The notes beneath the pieces were generated by a model. That model saw only the letters and a list, made by a program, of their open reading frames with translations. It was not told the DNA's origin and made no database searches. 60,000 nt of DNA from assembly GCF_963921235.1 (NCBI RefSeq), contig NC_086107.1, positions 98,334,001-98,394,000 of the forward strand, in the 5' to 3' direction. The position numbers were made by a program, and so were the translations under genes. Positions 50,652-60,000 of this stretch are shown piece after piece. This stretch comes from Mobula hypostoma (taxonomy: Eukaryota). Each line of letters starts with the position of its first letter. Within the stretch, counting starts at the first letter, position 1.

Positions 50652-53600
50652 CTTCCAAAGAGAGACAATGAGGTTAACCCACCCGCTGCCAGTGAGAACA
50701 CCCTCCATCTTGTGTGTGACACCACACCGTTGGCGAATAGGACGGTCTCGGAGGAGATCCGGCAGCTCGGAATTGGGCATCCACGAGGTGCTGTGGGCCC
50801 ATGAGCAAGAGCGGCAACAATACTCGTCCTTTAAGATTTGGGTCATAGCTTTTCCCTTGTTGCTCGTCCCATGAGACCTGAGACTCCCCCCTGGTTCGGT
50901 GAGAAGTACAGATCGGCGTGCAATTATAGCACCAGGAAGTCATAAATTCCCAGCCCACACCAGACCACAAAAGCTTAGCGCATCAGCCCCATATTCATCA
51001 AACCAGACCTAAGTCCTGCCCCATTCAATTGTCAAAGGGGGTGGACAATGGTGGGACGTTGCTCCGAGAACTTACCCTCTTTATGCCCAGCTTGGTTAAG
51101 AGATAAGAGATGAGCTTTATTTGTCACGTGTACACCAAAACGTACCATGAAAGACATTGCCTTGCATCAAGGTTGTGCTGGGGCTGGCCCACAAGTGTCG
51201 CCATGCTTCCAGCACCAACATAGCATGCCCACAACTTTCCAACCCTAACCTGCATGTGTTTGGAATGTGGGAGGAAACCCAGACAGAGAACTTACCAGCT
51301 CCTCGCGGACAGTGGCTGGAGTTGGACCCAAGTCTTACAGCTGGCACTGTAAAGTGTGATGCCACCATTAAACCACCAGGCTGAGACACTTGCAACCTTT
51401 TTCAGTCGGAGGTGCTGGCTGGGGTCGGGGCGGGTTTATTTGGTTTCTTCCTCGGAACCAGACCATCAGGAAGCTGTTCACACTGTCGATTCCATTCACT
51501 CTACCGGATAGCATGAAAGAACCGAAAGCCCTGGCTGCAGCAAGGACTATAGCACAAGACAATATCCTGCTGTGGTACTGAATATTGCACACCAGAACTA
51601 GCTACACTTTGACAATGTGAAATGTAGTCTAGTTATGTCCTGGTCCTGAAAAGAGGCAGCACAAGTCCCTCCTGGCTAACCTATTGTCCTCTCAATCTAC
51701 CTACTCTCAAACATCAGAAACCTGGTGGAAACTCAGAGGAATACACTGTCACATTGAACATTGTCCCTTTTCTAATGCATTTCAGTGTCTGAAGCTTGGA
51801 CTCCAGCTCGTTAATTCAGAACCGAAGTTCCTCGGGCCACCGACACTGCAGATGCGGTCACTGTCAACTGCATTGGGGCCCATCTGCCTCCGTGTTGCAT
51901 CTACACATCGCTCGCCTGTTCATCCCTGTTCTATTCAGCAAGAGTTTGGGGAGATTTGGGAGGTTGCCAAAGACTCAGGCGAATGTACAGCGGAGAGCAC
52001 TCTGGCTGGTATGGAGACGGTAGAATCAGCCAGACTTATCACCGGCACAGCCCTCCCCATCATCGAGGACATCTACAAAGAACTGTGCCTCAAGGAGGTG
52101 GCACCCATCTTTACGGACCCTCGCCACTCAGCACATGCCCTCTTTCCATTACTACCATTCAGGAGGAGGTACAGAAGCTTGAAGACCTACATTCAACATT
52201 TTAAGAACAGCTTCTTTCTCTTTGCCATCAGACGTCTGCACGTTCCAAGAACCTATAAACACTGCCTCACTATTCCTATATTGCATTATCTATTTACTTA
52301 TTTTGTGGCTTGTGGTAGTTTTAATGTCTTGCACAGCACCACACCACAAAACAACTCATCCTCAATGCCTCCTAGTGCAACTAGATCCTCGATTTCCTCA
52401 CCTGCTCCCAGTTCAGATCGGCAACAGCATCTCCTCCGTGATCTCCATCAGCACAGGTGCACCACAAGTCTGTGTGCTTAGTCCCCTTTGCTCTACTTGC
52501 TTTACACTTATGACTGTGTGGCTAAGCACAGCTCCAATGCCATATTCAAGTTTGCCAGCGACACCACTGTCATAGACCGAACCAAAGATGGTGACAAATC
52601 GGCATATAGGATTGAAAATCTGGCTGAATGGTGCCACAACATCATCCCCTCACTCAACGCCAGCAAGACCAAGGAACTGGTTGTAGACTTCAAGAGGAGG
52701 AAACCGGAGGTCCATGAGCAAGTACCTCATTAGGGAATCAGAGGTAGAGAGGGTCGTTGTGGCTATCCCTCGATGTCGAGGGTGATGGTCTTCGTTCTGT
52801 TGATCTACTTATGGGGCTCTCAAGTGGCTTATGAGTCCAATCTTGGCTTTGAAAGTTCTTCCGCATTCAGGACAGGTCGTTCCAGATGGCAGATCAGGCT
52901 TTGGTTGTTGCTGCCTCTCTTTCCATTTTCTTCTCCTTTCTTCTAATTCTGCACATCTGTTGGCTTCGAAAGTTGCTGTTCCTTCTCAAATCCGAGAAGC
53001 AGAGAGGGTAAGCAATTTTATGTTAACATACAAGGACATAATGACATCACAAAGAAGGCACAAAAGCACCTGTACTTTAATAGAAAATTTTCATAGATTC
53101 AGCATGTTACCAAAAATGTTGACAAACTTCAATAGGTGCAGAGTATCCTAACTGGGTTGCATCACAGCCTGGTGTGGAAATGCCAATGCACTTGAGAGAT
53201 CCTGTAGATGCTAGAAGTCCAGATTTACCCGCACAAAATGCTGGAGAAACTCAGCAGGTCAGGCAGCATCCATGGAGAGGAATAAATATTCAACGTTTCA
53301 GATCAGGTCTGGAAATAGTCCTGATTTCCTACTATGGAAACACCAATGCCCAGGAACAGAAAAGGCTAAAGAAAATGATGGATAAAGTCCAGTCTATCAG
53401 AGGAAAGCCCTCCTCACCTCTGAGTACCTTTACGTGGAAAGCTTTTGCAAGACAGCAGCACCCATCATCAAAGACTCCCACTGGTGCAGCCCGTACTCCC
53501 TTCTTGTCAATACCACCGGGAATGAGGGATAGAAGCCTTGGTCCCACACCACCAGGATCAGGAAGAGTTACTAGCATACAAAAACCAGGCTCCTGGACTG

Positions 53601-53823
53601 GTGTGGATAACGTCACTCATCACAACTCCACACTGACTCTGCAACCTACAGACTCACTTCCAAGGTCTCTTTAGAACCATACTCTCAGCATCATGTTTTA
53701 TTTTCACAGTTTGTCCTCTTTTGCACATTGGCTATTTGTCAGACTTTTTTACATTTTTTTTGAAGATCCTATTGCATGTCTTTATTTTTCCTGGAAATGC
53801 CTACAAGAAAATTAATTTCAAGG

Positions 53824-54362
53824 TATTATTGTGCAGAAATCTTAGGCACATATATATAGCTAGTGTGCCTAAGACTTTTGCACAGTACTGTAATAATTTT
53901 ATGTATTGCACTGTACTGCTGCCACAAAAAAAACAGATTTCATGACATATGTGAGTGATAATTCTGATATGGATCTCTACCGTGGACTGAGAGTGTGAGG
54001 GCAGGGAGAGGGGAATTATGGTTGGGAAAAGGGGAAGGGAGAGAGGAGGGAGCGGGAAGCACCAGAGAGACATTCTGTAATGATCAATAAACCAGTTGTT
54101 TGGAATCAAATGACCTTGCCTGGTGTCTCAGGGCTGGGTGTGTCTACACCCACACCACCCCCATCCCACCCTGGCATTCCTTCTCTGCCACCTGTCCCAC
54201 ACCCCTCCTGTGGCACTCCACCCTCGCCAGTCCCAACATCCTTTACTCCCACCAGATTTACAAACTCTCTCTCTGCTCCACGTTGACAACTACAGTACCG
54301 TGCAAAGATCTTAGACACCTACAGTTATATGTATATGCCTAAGACTTTTGCACAGTACTGTA
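53824..54362. mobile_element. Composite TA-targeting MITE, copy 1
   Basis: Short palindromic module (CAGTACTGTGCAAAAGTCTTAGGCA...TGCCTAAGACTTTTGCACAGTACTG) at each end around a ~400-bp core. Confidence 0.75.
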
Positions 54363-55609
54363 TATGGTAACATATATATCTCCTTTGATATATATTTACT
54401 TTGAGGAGTAAATTAATGTACTTTGGTAATAAGTTTATAAATTAGTATACTTCCTTTGATAGGGATTGGAGTGAATAAGGAAGTGACAGAAATCAGTACA
54501 AGTAAAAAAGACTGGAGAACTATTCAGACTCAAATGATGAATCCCCAGGACCTTATCCTGCCTAAAGTGAGAAGCCCAGTAGAGGAAACGCTCTTGTGAG
54601 AACCTGCTCAGCGTCTTCTGGAGGTTTAGCTTAACTTCCTCATTTTGTAATTCTGTTTCTTTTAATAAAGCAAATGATGATTTTACAACAGCTCTGCTAA
54701 TTTATTCTGTTATCTTCAATGACGAGCTTATTCACTCTTCCTGGCAGTTTATGTAAATAAATCCTTGAAGGTGCACAATAAGTTGGAGAAGTTGGTTGGG
54801 GCAACTGTAACGAAAGTCAATTTCCCTTGGGATCAATAAAATATGACTACTATGAAGTTACAGAAAAAAGTTCATAATTTCTTTCTTTATTGGTCCAGTC
54901 ATAGTGTATCACTTCCCGTTTCTGCTAAATCTCAGCTCTCTTATTTTTTTTAACCTATCTGACTCCAGCCATGAAGCCTATTACAACCTGCCTTGATTAC
55001 TGCACTTGAGTGTTGTTTCAAAGTCTTGCTTTGAAAGTAGCCTCTAATCAGTGGAACTTCCAGAGAATTGTGGCCACAACGTAGTTGGTGCCTTAGGAGG
55101 AAAGGGATAAACAGACAGGCATATCTGAGTGGGGTAGAATTATGGTGAGAGATTATAGGCACTCTATGCAAGTTAGACTGGAAAAAGATCAAAAAAATCA
55201 AAAATCACAAAATCAAAATTCAAAGAATATAGGTACTCTATGCAGATTAGTGGGAAAAAAATCAAAATTCAAAGTGAATCTATTATCAACGTACATACAC
55301 TGTATGTCACCATGTACTACACTGAGATTCTTTTTCTTGCAGGCATTCACGGTAGAACAAAGAAATACAAAAGAATGCATGAAAAACTACACACAAAGAC
55401 GGACAAACATCCCGTGTGCAAAGAAAGACAAACTGTGAAAACACAGAGAAGAGGAGCTGCAGAGCCCGTGAAAGTGAGCCTGTAGATCATGAGACCAGCT
55501 CAGTGTCAGGGTGACTGAAGCTATCCATGCTGGTTCAAGGAGCCTGGTCACTTCATGATCACCTGTAATAAACAGAATCACAGAACTTTAGAAAAGTAAT
55601 GCAATGAGC

Positions 55610-55747
55610 AAAGACGAGCTGATGCTGGAAATCCAAGCCACACACACACACACATACACAATGCTGGAGGAACTGAGCAGGCCAGGCAGCATCTATAGAA
55701 AAGAGTAAACAGTCGACGTTTTGGATTGAGACCCTTCATCTGAGACT
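55610..55747 (-). mobile_element. Penelope-like pLTR end
   Basis: ATGCTGGAGGAACTGAGCAGGCCAGGCAGCATC plus degenerate hammerhead-like motif. Confidence 0.7.
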
Positions 55748-56612
55748 CTTTGTAAACAGCAGAGCTGTCCAGAGTAGAATGCACCGTAACTGGTGATGGG
55801 AGGTAGAGGCACAGCAACGATAAATGAATCCTTCTATCGCAGTTGTTTCCGAAAACGGAGACGGTTAGAAGCTTAAAGAGTGAACATGGCAGTAATGAAG
55901 GACCCACCGGAGTTACATGGAGGACACTCCATTACCAATCTCATTCCAAGCCTGTGCTCGATAAATCGCTTAGACCTGACCATGAGAGTCTTGTCATTGG
56001 GGAAAAAGAACAAGCACTCTGCAATCAACATGCCAAATGGCACAGCTCTTCCAAACAGAGGTAGGGATGTGCCAGTTTAATATTGGGACATTAAATTACT
56101 GTTGTCTGTAATCTAGGCTGAAAAGACTAAGCACCAGAAGAGAATACATTACCGTATTGACTTACAACCAGCAGGTCAAACTTGCTTAATGTCCATCATT
56201 AAGGACCCCCACCACCCAGGACATGCCCTCTTCTCATTGCTACCATCAGGAAGGAGGTACAGAAGCTTGAAGGCACACACTCAGCGATTCAGGAACAGTT
56301 TCTTCCCCTCTGCCATCCGATTTCTGAATGGACATTGAAACCATGAACACTACCTCGCTACTTTTTGTTATCTTTTTGCACTATTTATTAAACTTTTTTA
56401 TAATATATTTACTTCTTAATTACAGATTTTATTAGTATGTATTGCAAGGTACTACTGCCACATAACAACAAATTTCACAACATATGCCAGTCATATTAAA
56501 CATGATTCTGATTCCAATTCTGATCAATAGTGGAAGTTCAGTGGATGTGACGCCTTGGAATTTTCTGAAGTGGTTTATTTCCCAGCTCGTGATAAACCTC
56601 CTCCTCACTCAC

Positions 56613-56705
56613 CGATCCAAATGAAAGGCAGCGATCTCTGCATTGTGTCTCTCAAAATCAGAGAAGTAGAAAAGATCTGGGGATGTTTCCTCCTCCCGGG
56701 TCTGT
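56613..56705 (-). CDS. FAM20C-like secretory kinase, exon equivalent to human FAM20C exon 4 (93 nt)
   Basis: Acceptor cttccttacAG, donor CG/GTGAGT; encodes [31 protein letters not shown], the FAM20 signature, with the Glu equivalent to FAM20C E306 present. Confidence 0.95.
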
Positions 56706-56832
56706 CTGTAAGGAAGAAGGCTCATTAATTGATGAAGACCCTGTAAATGATACATAGACAAGGATGGGAGTGGCTGTTGGCCTTCTAGACCCCAAGCCTG
56801 CTCTACCATACGTCAAGAGTTTGGCTGATCTA

Positions 56833-57331
56833 CAGTACTGTGCCAAAGTTTTAGGCACATATATATAGCTAGACTTTTGCACAGTACTGTAGTAATTTTA
56901 TCTATTGCACTGCACTGCTAACACAAAAAAATCACAAACTTCATGACATATGTGAGTGATGATAAACCTGATTCTGATATGGGTCTCTTACCTTGGACTG
57001 AAAATGGGAAGGGGGAAGGGAGAGGGGAATCACGGCTGGGAAAAGGGAAAGGGAGCGGGTAGCACCAGAGAGACATTCTGTAATGATCAATAAACCAATT
57101 GTTTGGAATCAAATGACTTTGCCTGGTGTCTCAGGGCTCTGATCTATCTGCCCCCACCCTCAGCCCGGCACTCCTTCTCTACCACCTGTCCCACACTCCT
57201 CCCATGGCACTCCACTCTCGCCATTCCCAACGTCCTTTGTTCCCGTCAGATTTACAAACTTGCTCTCCGCTCCACATTGACAAATACAGTACTGTACTAG
57301 GCACCCTAGCTAAGACTTTTACACAGTACTG
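56833..57331. mobile_element. Composite TA-targeting MITE, copy 2
   Basis: TA|CAGTACTGTG...CACAGTACTG|TA; core colinear with copy 1. Confidence 0.8.
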
Positions 57332-58100
57332 TACTTAAGCTCTGTTTTCTTGTAATATCTCTGTATCCTTTGATTCCAGAAATCCATTAAACTGAGTTTC
57401 AAATTAACTTGACGACTGAGCTCCTACTGTCCCCTTCGGTAGAGTATTACAAATATTCCCCTATTGCCCCTGTGATGGAATTTCTCCTTATCTCAGTGCT
57501 AAATGCCCTATCACTTACTCCAGACTCATTAGACAAGAGAAACATCTTCCCTGCATCCCCCCTGCTGAACCCTGTAAGAATAATGGAAGTTACCCCTTGT
57601 TCTTCTAAAAGCTAAAAGTCCCAATTTACTGAATCTCCCCTGTGAAAATACTCACTACCTCTGGAACTAGTCTTGCAAATCCTTACTGCGCTCTCCCTAG
57701 GGAAACAGATTTTCTTCATATAAAAGGCAAAATATACACATTACTTAAGGTACAGACTTAACATTTCCCTATATAATTGCAGAGCTGTAGAGTCATAGAA
57801 CACTACAGCACAGAAACAGGCTCTTCGGCCCATCTAGTCCACCCTAACTATGTTCTTTCCTAGTCCAATCGAGCTACACCTGGAACATAGCCCTCCACAC
57901 CCCTCCTACATTTTGGTACTTATCCAAGTTTTTCTTAAATGTTGAAATCAAACTTGCATTTGCCAGCTCGTTCCCCACTCTCACCACCCTCTGAGTTAAG
58001 AAGTTCTCCTCATGTTCCCCTTGGACATTTCACCTTTCACCCTGAACCCAACCTCAGTGGAAACAGGCTGCTTGCATTCACTCTCCTTACACCCCTCATT

Positions 58101-58730
58101 ATAGACAATAGACAATAGGTGCAGGAGTAGGCCATTCGGCCCTTCGAGCCAGCACCGCCATTCACCGTGATCATGGCTGATCATCCACAATCAGTATCCA
58201 GTTCCTGCCTTATCCCCATAACCTTTGATTCCGCTATCTTTAAGAGCTCTGTCCATCTCTTTCTTGAAAGCATCCAGAGACTTGGCCTCCACAGCCTTCT
58301 GAGGCAGAGCATTCCATATATCCACCACTCTCTGGGTGAAAAAGTTTTTCCTCAACTCTGTTCTAGATGGCCTGCCCCTTATTCTTAAACTGTGGCCTCT
58401 GGTTCTGGACTCACCCATCAGCGGGAACATGCTTCCTGCCTGCAGCGTGTCCAATCCCTTAATAATCTTATATGTTTCAGTAAGATCCCCTCTCAGCCTT
58501 CTAAATTCCAGAGTATACAAGCCCAGTCGCTCCAATCTTTCGACATATGACAGTCCCGCCATCCCGGGAATTAACCCAGTGAACCTACGCTGTACTCCCT
58601 CAATAGCAAGAATGTCCTTCCTCAAATTTGGAGACCAAAACTGCACACAGTACTCCAGGTGTGGTCTCACCAGGGCCCTGTACAGCTGCAGAAGGACCTC
58701 TTTGCTCTTATACTCAATTCCCCTTGTTAT
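58101..58730 (-). mobile_element. Young CR1 3' fragment nested in an older CR1 (about 57790-58960)
   Basis: (CTATTGT)n tail at 58101; intact RGIEYKSKEV...GYGDKAGTGY frame. Confidence 0.9.
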
Positions 58731-59058
58731 TTTGTATACCTCTGTCAAACCTCCACTAAATTCTCCTACACTCCAGGGAATGAAGTCTGAACCTGTTCAA
58801 TCTTTCCCAGTAACTCAGGTCCCCAAGTCCCAGCAACATCCTTCTAAATCTTTTCTGCACTCTTTCAATCCTATTGACACCTTTCCTGTTGATAGGTGAC
58901 CAGAACTGCACACAATACTCCAAACTAGGCTTCACCAACATCTTATACAACCTCAACATACATCCCTATTGGAGTGAGACCTGAACAAAATCTTCCTGCA
59001 ACCTGCCAACCTGGCATTTGCCCTCCTCATGGCTTTTGTGACATCTTTCGTTGACCTT

Positions 59059-60000
59059 TGTCACAATGGCGGGGCATTGGGAGCAAGGGCGGACCCAAAT
59101 GCAAGACACATCTTGTGAGGTTACTTAGATTTAGTTTATTGTTTGATACCAGGAGAGCAAGGCAGGAGCAGGAATAGTGAACTGGACAAGGACTGAGGAC
59201 TACTACTAGGCTGGGACCAAGGGTCTGGGCTTGGACTCGGAATCGGCTTCCAGAACTAGAGGAGACATGAAGAGGCTAGGGTATGGACTCCGAGCCAGAG
59301 ACTGGGCAAGGACCCAGTCCCTGGGTCTTGCCTCGGGCTCAGACCCCAGAACCAGGCAAGGACATGACATGGGCTAGGGAGAGGAGGAACGTGGGAACAC
59401 AGAGCCTCAATGGAACCATGGACACATACACAGAACACAGAGTCGGGACCCCTCCTTGGGTACAGGACATAGGGCCGGGACTCACACACAGAACAGAGAG
59501 CCGGGACCCCTCCTTGGGTACAGGACATAGGGCCGGGACTCATGACCCTCCGTGGGGCAACAGCAAGACAGCCTGACTTACCCCACGGAGACGAGGACAA
59601 GACAAGGCAGAACATGACCCCCCGTGGGTAACGGCAAGACGGCCTGACCTACCCCACGGAGGCGAGGACAGGACGAGACATGACTCCCTGCAGGGCAACG
59701 GCAAGACTGCCTGACTTACCCCACGGAGGCGAGGACAAGACACGACAAGACATGAGCCCCCACGGGGCAACGGCAAGACGGCCCGACTTACCCCACGGAG
59801 GCGAGGACAAGGCAAGACAAGACCAACACGAATGAACACCAGACAGTACCTATCTAGCTCCGGTGATGGAACTAGACCAAAGTGCAGGTGGGGGCTGCAG
59901 ACGAGGGCTAGAGGCGAGAGGGGCAGAGAAGGGATTCAGACAAGGGGGTAGGACAGGAATCACAGACCGCCAGGGCCAGGATTCGACTCAGAACTTGGAA
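59059..60000 (-). mobile_element. LTR-like element with ~70-bp tandem array (4 units), runs off the window
   Basis: On minus strand: AATAAA...GCATTTGGGTCC...TGTGACA end as in fish Gypsy LTRs; homologous to 27015-27735. Confidence 0.7.

Noticed and set aside
30560..56705. Naming the gene FAM20A, FAM20B or FAM20C
   Set aside because: It has Glu (not Gln) in DFERHNAE plus DNG, excluding FAM20A; the motifs are not FAM20B-like; orthology to canonical FAM20C is unproven, so no symbol is given
56706..60000. Upstream kinase exon (GGTQLKL...FKPM)
   Set aside because: Not found by eye in this interval; presumably beyond the window edge

Overview
Repeat-dense vertebrate genomic DNA, very probably from an elasmobranch (ray/shark). 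This is inferred from HE1-like V-SINEs, abundant HER1/CR1 LINEs and Penelope remnants. The only well-supported host protein gene is the 3' part of a FAM20C-type Golgi secretory kinase on the minus strand. It has seven GT-AG exons (56705-56613, 50651-50536, 45110-44930, 41460-41351, 39118-39037, 31144-31085, 30803-30560) that splice in frame, with intact catalytic motifs and an AATAAA at 30426-30431; its 5' exons appear to lie beyond the window. The protein looks like a divergent FAM20C-like paralogue rather than canonical FAM20C or the pseudokinase FAM20A. There is one intact tRNA-Arg(CCT) gene. The rest is nested transposon debris: CR1, L1/Tx1, Rex1/Babar and Hero LINEs, Penelope-like elements carrying degenerate minimal hammerhead-ribozyme motifs, Gypsy internal/LTR pieces, Tc1/mariner and hAT elements/MITEs, SINEs, and mini/microsatellites. 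Most ORF-track entries are TE fragments or spurious. I see no prokaryote-type system. The most interesting items are the kinase paralogue, the hammerhead motifs, and the TE architecture around the kinase exons. TE boundaries without a stated TSD or TIR are approximate.
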